Assembly: GCA_965219025.1 (NCBI GenBank)
Contig: OZ244716.1
Span: 327,812-391,811 of the forward strand
From: Dehalococcoidia bacterium
GTDB taxonomy: Bacteria > Chloroflexota > Dehalococcoidia > Lucifugimonadales > UBA2985
Length of the DNA stretch: 64,000 nt
Direction of reading: 5' to 3'
Shown here: piece after piece, positions 54,905 to 64,000 of the stretch
How the letters are laid out: each line of letters starts with the position of its first letter
How positions within the stretch are numbered: position 1 is the stretch's first letter
Translations under genes and position numbers: made by a program
Notes under the pieces: model-generated
The model's input: the letters and a program-made list of their open reading frames with translations, nothing else
Database searches by the model: none
Told to the model about the DNA's origin: nothing

Positions 54905-54933
54905 TTGGGACAAATCCGATTTTGTGGTATGAT
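54905..54933 (+). promoter_or_regulatory. candidate promoter of hflKC
   Basis: TTGGGA (54905..54910), 17-nt spacer, then extended -10 TGTGGTATGAT (54923..54933). Confidence 0.4.
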
Positions 54934-55000
54934 TGTCCGGATTGCTATTGGAGCGCCCGGTTCCGAATGAAGGGCGCAGGAAAGACAGAGCGACAGAAGT

Positions 55001-56062
55001 ATGTTCGAACCAGGTGGCCAGCGTCAGCGGCCCGAGGTACAGGTTGAAGAGGTCCTCCGGGGCATCGGCTCTGGATTCAACAATCTAGTCCAGCGTCTCG
55101 GCGGAGGCGGCGTCCGGCTCATCATCCTTGGTGTGCTGGCGCTTCTTGCCATAGCGTGGATCGCCAGCGGGCTATACCAGGTGGGTCCCCGAGAGCGGGC
55201 CGCACTCCAGTTCTTCGGCGATTTCCAGAGCACCGAGGGCCCCGGTCTGCACTGGTACTTCCCGCAGCCCGTGGGCGCGCGCACAATCATTGACGTGGAC
55301 GTCACGCGCAACATGGAGCTTGGCTTCCTCACCACCGCCACGGGCACGATAACCGATCAGGCCGTTGAGGCGCTCATGATCACCGGCGACCTGAACATCG
55401 TCAACCTTCAGATGGTGGTCCAGTATCAGATTTCGAGCCTCGAAAGCTACCTCTTCCGCGTCGACGACCCCGGCGAGGTTCTTCGCGGCATCGAGCAGGG
55501 GAACCCGGAGGGCCGCACCCTGAAGGACGCCACCGAGGCCGCGCTTCGTCAGGTGGTGGGACAACGCAGCATAGACGACATCCTGGTGGTCAACAGGCCG
55601 GCTGTTGAGGCCGAGACTAGGGACGAGCTCCAAAAGATCCTGGACCTCTACGAGACTGGCATCCAGATCAACACCGTGGCGCTCCAGACCATACGTCCGC
55701 CTGACCAGGTGCGCGCCGCGTTCGACGACGTGGTAAACGCACGCGTGGACAGGGAGAGCCGCATCAACGAAGCCAGGGCCTTCGAGCAGGACCGCATCCC
55801 GAGAGCCGAGGGTGACGCTGCGCAGGTGGTGCAGGCCGCAGAGGCCTTCAAGACAGAGCGCATTGCCAGGGCCACCGGTGAGGTTAACCGCTTCCGCTCG
55901 GTCCTCGAAGAGTACCTGAGCGCCCCGGACGTCACGCGGCAGCGCCTCTACCTCGAGGCCATGGAGACCATCTTGCCAGACCTCACCAAGTTTGTGCTGA
56001 CTGAGGACAGCAGCGGCAACCTGCTCCAATTCCTTCCGCTGACCCAGGAAGGGACGCCATAG
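55001..56062 (+). CDS. hflK: SPFH/band-7 protease modulator HflK
   Basis: N-terminal TM, then GLYQVGPRERAALQFFG... SPFH domain. Followed by hflC. Confidence 0.85.
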   Translation: MFEPGGQRQRPEVQVEEVLRGIGSGFNNLVQRLGGGGVRLIILGVLALLAIAWIASGLYQVGPRERAALQFFGDFQSTEGPGLHWYFPQPVGARTIIDVDVTRNMELGFLTTATGTITDQAVEALMITGDLNIVNLQMVVQYQISSLESYLFRVDDPGEVLRGIEQGNPEGRTLKDATEAALRQVVGQRSIDDILVVNRPAVEAETRDELQKILDLYETGIQINTVALQTIRPPDQVRAAFDDVVNARVDRESRINEARAFEQDRIPRAEGDAAQVVQAAEAFKTERIARATGEVNRFRSVLEEYLSAPDVTRQRLYLEAMETILPDLTKFVLTEDSSGNLLQFLPLTQEGTP

Positions 56063-56064
56063 CC

Positions 56065-57342
56065 ATGTTCAAGATATTTGGAATATTCCTCCTGGTTGTC
56101 GCCCTCGTTGCGGTGCTCGCGCAAGCTGCCGGTTATGGCGTTGCCTACACTGTCGATGAGCGCGAGTACGTTGTCATCACCCGCTTCGGACAGGTACAGC
56201 AAGCGGTCCTCAACCCAGGTCTGAAGTTCAAGTCACCGATTGAGACGGTAGTGCGATTCGACAGGAGGCTGCTCCGCATCGACGTACCCGTGGCATCCAT
56301 GCCCGACAGGGACAGCCAGTTCCTTGATATCGACGCCTACGTTCGATACAAGATCACAGACCCCACACTGTTCCTCGAGAGCCTGAGAGATGAGACCAAC
56401 GCCAACCGACGCATAGGCGACCTGGCCGTCTCCGCCATACGAGACGAGGTCGGCGTACGCGATCGGCGTGACATCATAGGCGGAGACCCCATCACCCAGG
56501 ACGACGGCACAATCCTCGTAAGGCCCAGGCAGACCGACGCCGGCGTCCCCAGCCGCGAAGCCATGATGCAGCTTGCGCTGAACAGCGTAAAGGAGGACAC
56601 CCAGGGACAGCAGTGGGGTGTCGAGGTCGTGGACATTCGTATCAAGCGCGCCGACTTCCCCGCCGCGGCGGAGGCCAGCGTGTATGACAGGATGCGCTCC
56701 GAGCGGTCCGTTCAGGCGCAGCGCCTCCGGGCCGAGGGTGAAGAGCAGTACCTAACTATCACTGCCGACGTCAACCGCAGGGTGCGCGTCATCCGGGTTG
56801 AAGCCGAACGAGATGCCAACATCCTCTCCGGCGAAGGTGAAGCTCAGGCCGTCCAGATCTTCGCCAGAGTGCTGGGCACTTCCGCCCTCTCGCCCGCCGC
56901 GCTGGACGCGCTGGGCGCGCTGGAGTCGCTGGAGCCGTCCGTGCTTGACCAGCTCAACGAACTCAACGACGACCTCCTCTCCGGCAGCACTGAGGCGCAG
57001 CTGAGGGCAGGAAACATCCTCGGAGCCGGCGCGCTCCCGGAAGTCATTGAAGCCATGCAGGACATGTCCGACGCGGACTTCTCAACGCTCGAGGAGGCAC
57101 TTGGCTTCGAGCGTGCCGATGCGCTGCGCGGCCTGAGAGCCGCAGGTGAAGGCGCACTCGAGCCCCTGGACATCGAAGCGCTGGCAGAGGCGCTGGAGTT
57201 CTTCGCATTCCGGCGCAGCCTGGAAGCCTACGCCAACTTCCTGAATGAACAGACCACGTTGGTGCTCTCCGCAGACAGCGACCTGTTCCGCTACCTGGAG
57301 GGCTACGGCAGAGTACTGCCGGACTCCGAAGCCAGCCCCTAG
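56065..57342 (+). CDS. hflC: SPFH/band-7 protease modulator HflC with ~110-aa C-terminal extension
   Basis: YTVDEREYVVITRFGQVQQAV...VVDIRIKRADFP, then an extra Ala/Leu/Glu-rich tail. Confidence 0.85.
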   Translation: MFKIFGIFLLVVALVAVLAQAAGYGVAYTVDEREYVVITRFGQVQQAVLNPGLKFKSPIETVVRFDRRLLRIDVPVASMPDRDSQFLDIDAYVRYKITDPTLFLESLRDETNANRRIGDLAVSAIRDEVGVRDRRDIIGGDPITQDDGTILVRPRQTDAGVPSREAMMQLALNSVKEDTQGQQWGVEVVDIRIKRADFPAAAEASVYDRMRSERSVQAQRLRAEGEEQYLTITADVNRRVRVIRVEAERDANILSGEGEAQAVQIFARVLGTSALSPAALDALGALESLEPSVLDQLNELNDDLLSGSTEAQLRAGNILGAGALPEVIEAMQDMSDADFSTLEEALGFERADALRGLRAAGEGALEPLDIEALAEALEFFAFRRSLEAYANFLNEQTTLVLSADSDLFRYLEGYGRVLPDSEASP

Positions 57343-57391
57343 CCAGGCGACGCCGTTCGCTAAGCTACGCGTGCTGAGGTAGCAGGCGGGG

Positions 57392-58516
57392 CTACAGCCC
57401 GTGAGCCGGGAAGATGAGCCTCTCGATCTCCCCTACCGTTCTCTCAGCGAAACGTCGTCCATTCTCCGGCATTGCTGCGTCCACGGACGGCCCCTGCGCA
57501 TCTCGCAGCGCCGTCAGGCCGTATCGCTCGCGGTAGGATTCCGGTATCTCGTCCGGCCACTCAGTCTCCAGCATCACGCCGAAGTCCAGCGTCCAGCCCC
57601 GCGCCACCGCGGACAGGTCGTATCCGCCGCCGCCGAAGGCCAGCCAGCGCGGGCACAGCCGGCCAAGCTCCTTCACCAACCGAGCGTGTCCCTGCACCGT
57701 CAGGCTCAGGTGAGTGATGGGATCGCGGAAGTAGGGGTCCATGCCCAGCTGCGTCGCTAGGACGTCCGGCTTGAACGCCTCCACTAGCGGAATGACCGCC
57801 GCACGCAGGGCCCAGAGGTACGTCTCATCGCCAGTGTAGGGAAAGAGCGGAACGTTCACGGAAAAGCCGCGGCCAACGCCCTCCCCCACCTCCTCCACGA
57901 AGCCTGTGCCCGGGAAGATGTACTCGCCTGACTCGTGCATCGACACGGTGAGCACGCGGTCCGAGTCGTAGAAGGCGCTCTGCACTCCGTCGCCGTGGTG
58001 CGCGTCGATGTCCACGTAGGCCACGCGCAGCCCTCGCTCCAGCAGGGCATTGATGGCGACTACCGGATCGTTGAATATGCAGAAACCGGACGCACGGCCC
58101 GACATAGCGTGGTGGAGACCACCGGAGCAGTTGAAGGCCACGTCCGCCCTGCCGCCGGCCAGCATCTCGGCGGCCGTCAGCGATGCGCCCGTTGACCAGA
58201 GAGCCGCCTCGTACATGGCCGGATACACAGGATTGTCACCGTGGTCGCTGAAGCCGTAGGAAGCGGCGTCTTGCCTCACCTCGCCACCACTCAGACCCCG
58301 CACGGCGTCCACGTACTCACGGGTGTGGAATGTGAGAAGCTCCTCCTCAGAGGCCTGACGCGGCTCCACCAACATAGCGTTGGGCATCTCGAAAGCCCCG
58401 TACGACTCCAGCAGCTCGTACGTGTAGCGCAGGCGTGTGGGCACCATCACGTGGTCCTCGCGAAGCACGTGGCGGGACAGGCGATCATGGTAGATGAAGG
58501 CTGCGTTTCTGCTCAA
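57392..58516 (-). CDS. histone-deacetylase-family (AcuC/AphA-like) deacetylase
   Basis: GGLHHAMSGRASGFCIFND...DIDAHHGDGVQ. TTG 58516 lies 9 nt after GGAGG and overlaps the upstream stop (TTGA). Confidence 0.85.
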   Translation of the reverse strand: MSRNAAFIYHDRLSRHVLREDHVMVPTRLRYTYELLESYGAFEMPNAMLVEPRQASEEELLTFHTREYVDAVRGLSGGEVRQDAASYGFSDHGDNPVYPAMYEAALWSTGASLTAAEMLAGGRADVAFNCSGGLHHAMSGRASGFCIFNDPVVAINALLERGLRVAYVDIDAHHGDGVQSAFYDSDRVLTVSMHESGEYIFPGTGFVEEVGEGVGRGFSVNVPLFPYTGDETYLWALRAAVIPLVEAFKPDVLATQLGMDPYFRDPITHLSLTVQGHARLVKELGRLCPRWLAFGGGGYDLSAVARGWTLDFGVMLETEWPDEIPESYRERYGLTALRDAQGPSVDAAMPENGRRFAERTVGEIERLIFPAHGL

Positions 58517-59007
58517 TTCCGGTCGCCTCCCACCGTCGCTAGCTCCCTGACCATGTTGCGCCAGTGCGTGCCGCGCCAGTACATCCGAGTACAGGCAGGG
58601 CACTCGACGAACGCCTCCTGCGTCTCGAACACGTAGGCCGGCACTCTGCTCCGCGCCGCCTCCCGTTCCACCGCCCTCAGCGGCTCGTTGCACTCCACGC
58701 AGCGGGAAAACCCACCTGAAGCGTCCAGCCCGTAGGCCTCGACGACCTGTCGCAGCTGCTCGCCCAGCCTGTCACCGACTATGAGCAACGCGCTCATCCG
58801 GCCTGAGGCGATCGGGCGGCGCCGCATGACGAGCCTGTCGCGCGTCAGAATCGCCCGGCCCTCCGCCAGGGCCAGCCTCACCAGTTCTGCGTCTTCAACC
58901 TCCGGGATGAACAGGGCATCGTAGCCCATGATCCTCAGCCACTTTGCGAGACGTCCCACGTTGTCATCGACAATGAACCTGTAGCTCTTCACGGCTCCTC
59001 CCGGCAC
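58513..59007 (-). CDS. Mut7-C/DUF82 PIN-like RNase-domain protein with C-terminal zinc ribbon
   Basis: FIVDDNVGRLAKWLRIMGYDALF...CVECNEPL...CPACTRMYWRGTHW. Confidence 0.8.
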   Translation of the reverse strand: MPGGAVKSYRFIVDDNVGRLAKWLRIMGYDALFIPEVEDAELVRLALAEGRAILTRDRLVMRRRPIASGRMSALLIVGDRLGEQLRQVVEAYGLDASGGFSRCVECNEPLRAVEREAARSRVPAYVFETQEAFVECPACTRMYWRGTHWRNMVRELATVGGDRN

Positions 59008-59182
59008 AATGATAAGCGCACCATCCTGCTAGTGCAAACCACGGGGGTACGACGGGAGCGAACCGTAGTACAATGCCTGAGACGAACACCGACCGGCAGA
59101 GCGGCCTCCAACTGCCGCTTGCCTGCGCCGGACATGGGAGGCGGTCATAGACACGCAGCGTCTGGAGCACATCCTGCAGCAG

Positions 59183-59929
59183 GTGCAGCAGGGCAGCCTG
59201 AGCGTTCGGGATGCGATGGGCACGCTCCGCACGCTCCCCTTCGAGGACCTGGAGTTCGCAAAGGTGGACCACCACCGCGAGCTGCGTACGGGGTTCCCGG
59301 AGGTGGTATACGCCCCCGGCAAGACGCACGACCAGCTCGCCGAGATTGCACGGAGGCTGGCCGGGGCATCGTCCCGCGTGCTAATCACGCGCGCATCGCC
59401 CGAGGCGTTTGAGTCGGTCCGCCTGGCCGTGCCGGAAGCCCGTTACAACGAGACTGCACGCGTAATCATAGCCGGGCCGGAGCAGTCCGAACCGCCGCGC
59501 CCCGGCGTGCTGGTGGTAGCGGCAGGCACGTCAGACCTGCCTGTGGCCGAGGAGGCGGCGGTCACCGCGGAGGTAATGGGCAACAGAGTCGAGCGGTTGT
59601 GGGACGTGGGCGTTGCCGGCGTTCACAGACTGCTGGCGCGCCTGCCATTGCTGCACGAGGCGAGGGTCATCGTGGCAGTGGCCGGCATGGAGGGCGCGCT
59701 GCCCAGCCTTGTGGGCGGTCTGGTATCGGCGCCGGTCATCGCCGTGCCCACGAGCGTCGGTTACGGAGCGAACTTCCAGGGGCTGGCGGCGCTGCTGGCG
59801 ATGCTGAACGCCTGCAGCCCGGGAATCGCGGTCGTCAACATAGACAACGGCTTTGGGGCCGGCTACATGGCCGGCACAATAAACCTCGCCGCCCACGGGG
59901 TAAGCGGCGAGGTGAATGGTCCGAGCTAG
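59183..59929 (+). CDS. larB: nickel-pincer cofactor biosynthesis protein LarB (AIR-carboxylase-like)
   Basis: FAKVDHHRELRTGFPEVVYAPGKT...VVAAGTSDLPVAEEA...VAGMEGALPSLVGG...VIAVPTSVGYG. The start may lie upstream (see findings). Confidence 0.85.
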   Translation: MQQGSLSVRDAMGTLRTLPFEDLEFAKVDHHRELRTGFPEVVYAPGKTHDQLAEIARRLAGASSRVLITRASPEAFESVRLAVPEARYNETARVIIAGPEQSEPPRPGVLVVAAGTSDLPVAEEAAVTAEVMGNRVERLWDVGVAGVHRLLARLPLLHEARVIVAVAGMEGALPSLVGGLVSAPVIAVPTSVGYGANFQGLAALLAMLNACSPGIAVVNIDNGFGAGYMAGTINLAAHGVSGEVNGPS

Positions 59930-59971
59930 CAGGCCTCCAGGCTCCGAGCTCACTGAAGGCGGGCGCTGAGC

Positions 59972-60481
59972 CTACTGGAGCGACTTGATCAGTGCGATGA
60001 TGTGCACTATCTCCTGGTCGGTCAGAGGCAGGATGGGCATGGTGTCGGGAGGAAAGCCGACCTCGATCCTCAGGTTGGGCTCCCTGATGGACTCCTTCAC
60101 AAAAGCCTCGTCCACAAGCGCACTGCCGCCGTCCTCGAACTGTCTGTTTGTGCCCCATAATCCCATCCAGGTGGGGCCGACGATTTCGGTGCCGTCCCAG
60201 CTGTGGCAGGCAACGCATCCCTGGTTGGTGGCAATCTCCTTGCCGACCTCCGGGTCGCCCTCACCCGTGGGAGCCGGGTCGCCGTTTGACGCAGGCTCGG
60301 TGGGGTCGGGCATCGCATCCGAAGTGGCCGTTGGCTGCTCAGCAGGCGCCATTGTGGCAGTAGGAGCAGTGGTTGCAGTGGGCGCACTGGTGTTGGCGGG
60401 CTCTGCGCCCCCACCGCCGCACGCCAGTCCGATTGCTGCGACAAGCAGCACTACAATTGTCAGAACCCAGGCCTGCCTCAC
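59972..60481 (-). CDS. class-I c-type cytochrome lipoprotein
   Basis: CVACH haem-binding motif. GTG 60481 (MRQAWVLTIVVLLVAAIGLAC) gives a lipobox signal after GGAGG. A Thr/Pro/Ala linker precedes the domain. Confidence 0.8.
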   Translation of the reverse strand: MRQAWVLTIVVLLVAAIGLACGGGGAEPANTSAPTATTAPTATMAPAEQPTATSDAMPDPTEPASNGDPAPTGEGDPEVGKEIATNQGCVACHSWDGTEIVGPTWMGLWGTNRQFEDGGSALVDEAFVKESIREPNLRIEVGFPPDTMPILPLTDQEIVHIIALIKSLQ

Positions 60482-60655
60482 TTTGCCTCCTCTGGAACAC
60501 GGACGTGATCTGCACGCCTCGACAATGGAGGCCGCCGTCCTTGTCCAAATGCAAACTCTATCACAGTCCGTCGGAATGTGCAATGCTTCACAATGGCAGC
60601 GAAGCGTGCTGAACTGCAAACTCTCCATGGAGTGGCATTACTTCACATGAGCAGC

Positions 60656-63600
60656 TTATCTTCGGCGTATCAGGATTCCGACGCCCAATAGCCCCACCGC
60701 GAGGACGGCAAAGGCCAAGAGAGCCCAAATCAGAGGTGGAAGCCCTTCTTCGGCTGGAAGCTCAGGCGTGGGCGTTGCAGTGGACGTCGGTGTGGGAATG
60801 GGCGCAGGTATCGGCGTTGGAGTCGGAGTGGCCGGTGGTGTCGGTGACGACTCTGAAGTAGGAGCAATTGCTGATGTTGGCAACGGTTCCGCGGTAAATG
60901 TGGCTACTGGTGTTGGCGATGGCACCGTAGTAGGGATGGCTGTTGGCGTGGGGGATGGCGCCGCAGTAGGAGTGGCCGACGGTGTGGGAGTTAGTGTCGC
61001 TGTGGGCGTTGGTATCGGCGTAGGGGTTGGTGTCGGAATGGGCGTTGGCGTCGGCGTGGGCGTCGGGAGAGCAATGCCGCAAGCAACCGCGTCGTTGGCC
61101 AACAGGAAGGCCGGTGACCAATTGGAGATGGGAGTGCCATTGTTTCCACCTTCAAGAATTCTAACGGTTAGCGTCACCTTGTCTATGTGCGGCCACAGGC
61201 GCTGCCAGAACCATTGCTGGTCTAAAGTGATGCGCGATCCGCCTTCCTCGATGCGGGCCTGACCAATATCCAAGTGCGCTCTATGCAGCGAGATCATCTT
61301 GCGAAATTCAAAAGTGAGGTTGTGCAGCCTCGGCAGACCATCGACCGCGAGTTGCAGCGTGGTCTCGTATTCCCTTGCCGAACTGCGTGACAAGCAGAAG
61401 GGTGGACCGGGGCTGACGGCCTCAATCTTGACTGGATATTTCGGTAGTGGCGGTGGGTCTTGGGCAGGGATCTCGGTTGGTGGTGAGGGAGGGTTGTTGA
61501 AAGGATTGTAGTACACGAGCACCCTTCCGCGATTGATGTCGCCCACGTACAGGTTATCGTTATCATCGAAGGTTGCCGTGTAGGGCATTGAGCCGAAGTC
61601 ATACAGGAAGGAGTTGGGAATCTCGTCCGGTCCGAGCGGATCGTCGTAGACGCCGACGAACCTGGGACTCACATAGGCGTTGTATCCGACCACCATTCTA
61701 TTGGTGCTGTCGAAGGCCGGCTCCCAGGTTGCTGCCGCCCAGAAAGTTCTTTCGTGTTTCTGAATAACTGCTCTTTGTTCCCATGGGTCTGCCCACAGGT
61801 CGGTGACACCTACAGCCGATCGTTTGAAGACCTTTGTCGCGGGCGGCGCAAAGATTGTTTCGGTATTGGTCGCAGGCGTTGACTTTGACGAAAAGACAAG
61901 CAAGCGCAGATTGCCGTTAACCTCCAGCGCGTGGTCGGAAACATAGAGATTTCCCATACGGTCAATGGACAGCGCACCGGGATAGCATAGCTCGTCCAAG
62001 GCAGCCCCCGAGGGTCGTCCTTGATTGCATTCGCTACCTGCGGCATCATCCTGTCCAAGTATGATGTCCACCACGGGATCGTTGAGGGGATCGCGAATGC
62101 GGATAACTCGATGGTTGTCGGTATCGCTCAGCCATAGGAATTCCCCACGGTTGACGGGTACTATGCCGTGGATACCGCTTCCCAGCGTGATTCTCTCACC
62201 AGTCCCAAGCACCGAAAACTCGGCCTCCTGTTTCCATATGGTATGTATGGGCACGGAGTCCTCGGTTAAGGGCAGCTGATATACGTCCAAGAAATGAGTG
62301 CCCTGGAAGGACAGCACCCACAGCCTGCCGGCGGAGTCCGCTTTGACTCGGCCGCAGCAGAATTGCCACTCCCCTACGGCGTACTCGTCCCCAATCACAC
62401 CGTCCGCGGGCTGACCGTTGGACACCGAGTCCAACCCGTTCCAGAACATCAGCCTCTTCATGTCGGATACTATTAGCTGGTCCTGCCAAGTTGCTATACC
62501 CCTCGCGGAATGGATCCCCTTACTGTCCCTGAAATTGTCCTCAAATGGCGGGAAGAATAGCCTCCCGTCCGGGTTGCTTGTCTCGTGGTCGTTGGTCTGT
62601 TCTCTTGTCGACGGAAAACGAAAGACGTCAGCCGCGTCGTGATATGCTGGAACGAGGACCCTGCCGCCGCTGTCAATTCCAATGCTCCCACCTATGAAGC
62701 ACATGTACGCCCGGCTGGGCACCCCGGTCAACGAAGGATCTAACGAAGGATCGCACCTGCGATCAGGCCGATATGAGTCCTTCCACAACACATGGAGCAC
62801 TGAGGTACCCTGATCGTCCCAGAGCTCAATCATCCTGTTCCCAGCATCCACGACCCAGACCCCACGGCCAAGGGGGTCAATCTCAAGTGAGGATGGATGA
62901 TGATATTGGGAACCGAACGTCATCGCCGCATGCTGGCCATTTCTGAAGGGCGGACTGTAGACGAGAACTCTGTCGTTGGCGGTGTCGGCCACATACAGTT
63001 GTCCATTTGAGTCGAACCGGACCGCAGAAGGGGCATGCAGCTTTGTGAGGGAGCTGCCAGGCTGAGCACTTTGGAAGTCATTCTGGCCGAGTACCAAGTC
63101 GGCACGCTTGCCAATTGTGCCTGTGACCGCATCGAACGGAAATCGCAGAACCCGATTATTGCCCGCGTCAGCGACCCACAAATTCCCGTGCGTGTCGACC
63201 TCAACTCCGGCCCCATACCGATTCAAAGTGAATCGCACTGAGTTTGAGTGGAAACACAATGACTCCGCGGTTGGCTTGTGCAAGGCTCCTCTGTTGCACA
63301 CCATTTCAGAAAAGTCGGCCTGTCCCCAGACTTGATCGGCAATTGAGTCTCGCTCGAAGGGACTCTCGAACTTCAGGATCCTGTGATTGAAGGAGTCGGG
63401 AACATACAAGTTGCCATCACCGTCCACTGCCATCGACACGATCGAATACGCCTCCCACGGACTGAGGGAATGGTCGGGGATGCCACACAGGGTTGCAGCC
63501 GTGGGTCGCGCCCGCACCGGAAATCTCTGTAAGCCATTGTCTCCATTGCAGGCTGAGTGATCATAACCAGATGGCTGGCCAATAACGATGTCCGCGGAAC

Positions 63601-64000
63601 AGGGGCCGCTACCCTCGTAGCACTTCGCGAGGTCAATGCCCAGGATACGGCTGTTGCCGGAGTCCCAAACATATGCTCTTCCGGGCTCGACGGACCGATC
63701 CACTATGACTCCGGTGGGGTTATTGACCTTGAAGGGCACAACGCTCTTTGGAGCTACCTGCGAGAAGTCCGGTTTGCCGATGATCACGTCCGCCCACAAA
63801 TCACCTGCAACGCCCCTGACTGGCGACGTGGGAGGAAATGGACCGGGAGTGGGAGCCGGAGTTGGGGTCGGCATCACTGCACCGCAAAACCTCGCACTTC
63901 TTGCAACGTTGAAGTGATCCGACCAGTCGGAGAGACCCCGCCCCTCGGCGTCGGAAATGCGTACCTGATATCGCAGTATCGAGAAGTACTCTATGTGTTC
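60656..64000 (-). CDS. large surface protein: FN3-like module, Thr/Pro linker, NHL-repeat beta-propeller region, Thr/Pro stalk, C-terminal TM anchor (5' end outside the window)
   Basis: The frame is open upstream of the track start to position 64000 (...[22 protein letters not shown] is an FN3-like end). Repeated NHL-type motifs: [54 protein letters not shown]. The C-terminus is [25 protein letters not shown]. Confidence 0.8.
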   Translation of the reverse strand, partial: EHIEYFSILRYQVRISDAEGRGLSDWSDHFNVARSARFCGAVMPTPTPAPTPGPFPPTSPVRGVAGDLWADVIIGKPDFSQVAPKSVVPFKVNNPTGVIVDRSVEPGRAYVWDSGNSRILGIDLAKCYEGSGPCSADIVIGQPSGYDHSACNGDNGLQRFPVRARPTAATLCGIPDHSLSPWEAYSIVSMAVDGDGNLYVPDSFNHRILKFESPFERDSIADQVWGQADFSEMVCNRGALHKPTAESLCFHSNSVRFTLNRYGAGVEVDTHGNLWVADAGNNRVLRFPFDAVTGTIGKRADLVLGQNDFQSAQPGSSLTKLHAPSAVRFDSNGQLYVADTANDRVLVYSPPFRNGQHAAMTFGSQYHHPSSLEIDPLGRGVWVVDAGNRMIELWDDQGTSVLHVLWKDSYRPDRRCDPSLDPSLTGVPSRAYMCFIGGSIGIDSGGRVLVPAYHDAADVFRFPSTREQTNDHETSNPDGRLFFPPFEDNFRDSKGIHSARGIATWQDQLIVSDMKRLMFWNGLDSVSNGQPADGVIGDEYAVGEWQFCCGRVKADSAGRLWVLSFQGTHFLDVYQLPLTEDSVPIHTIWKQEAEFSVLGTGERITLGSGIHGIVPVNRGEFLWLSDTDNHRVIRIRDPLNDPVVDIILGQDDAAGSECNQGRPSGAALDELCYPGALSIDRMGNLYVSDHALEVNGNLRLLVFSSKSTPATNTETIFAPPATKVFKRSAVGVTDLWADPWEQRAVIQKHERTFWAAATWEPAFDSTNRMVVGYNAYVSPRFVGVYDDPLGPDEIPNSFLYDFGSMPYTATFDDNDNLYVGDINRGRVLVYYNPFNNPPSPPTEIPAQDPPPLPKYPVKIEAVSPGPPFCLSRSSAREYETTLQLAVDGLPRLHNLTFEFRKMISLHRAHLDIGQARIEEGGSRITLDQQWFWQRLWPHIDKVTLTVRILEGGNNGTPISNWSPAFLLANDAVACGIALPTPTPTPTPIPTPTPTPIPTPTATLTPTPSATPTAAPSPTPTAIPTTVPSPTPVATFTAEPLPTSAIAPTSESSPTPPATPTPTPIPAPIPTPTSTATPTPELPAEEGLPPLIWALLAFAVLAVGLLGVGILIRRR
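60750..61075 (-). repeat. low-complexity Thr/Pro-rich stalk coding region
   Basis: Encodes [47 protein letters not shown]... Confidence 0.8.

Noticed and set aside
60750-61075. Highly repetitive CCNACN-type DNA (also at 12464..12690 and 43021..43394) that could be taken for a CRISPR array or microsatellite
   Set aside because: There is no repeat-spacer periodicity. The repeats are in frame within long ORFs and encode Thr/Pro linkers, so this is coding low complexity rather than an array.

Overview
GC-rich bacterial chromosomal window. Gene content and order suggest a Chloroflexota-like monoderm, but this is inference only: an 11-subunit nuo operon without nuoEFG, tRNA-Thr/Tyr/Thr-tuf-rpmG-secE-nusG-rplKAJL, and lipobox plus Thr/Pro-linker exoproteins. 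Layout: 1-9.7 kb holds nuoABCDHIJK-x-LMN on the minus strand. 9.8-12.2 kb holds an S41 protease, smpB and tmRNA. 12.4-43.9 kb is an accessory/catabolic stretch with six MFS transporters, two DUF35+thiolase-like pairs, an M20 peptidase, dehydrogenases, a PTE-family hydrolase, an orphan SdhA-like flavoprotein, citrate synthase plus a PrpD-family gene, several thiol-redox genes and one IS110-family element. 44.7-50.5 kb holds three tRNAs and the tuf/ribosomal-protein cluster. 50.6-60.5 kb holds radC, a rhomboid protease, a TreT-like glycosyltransferase, hflKC, an HDAC-family gene, Mut7-C, larB and a cytochrome c. 60.7-64 kb is a >1100-aa NHL/FN3 surface protein that runs off the window. Most notable observations: (1) two paralogous redoxin lipoproteins, each interrupted by an in-frame TGA exactly at the first Cys of the W-C-x-x-C motif with a hairpin 10-13 nt downstream; these are candidate selenoproteins that the ORF track splits in two. 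(2) A low-GC PD-(D/E)xK-like ORF wedged between nusG and rplK. (3) Two ~70-nt stem-loops in the leader of the IS110 element, resembling a bridge RNA. (4) Conserved genes with no ATG/GTG/TTG start (nuoK CTG; an MFS gene with ATA or CTG). (5) A recurrent TGTGnTAnnnT extended -10 motif. (6) A duplicated 41-bp intergenic module. No rRNA or CRISPR array was seen.
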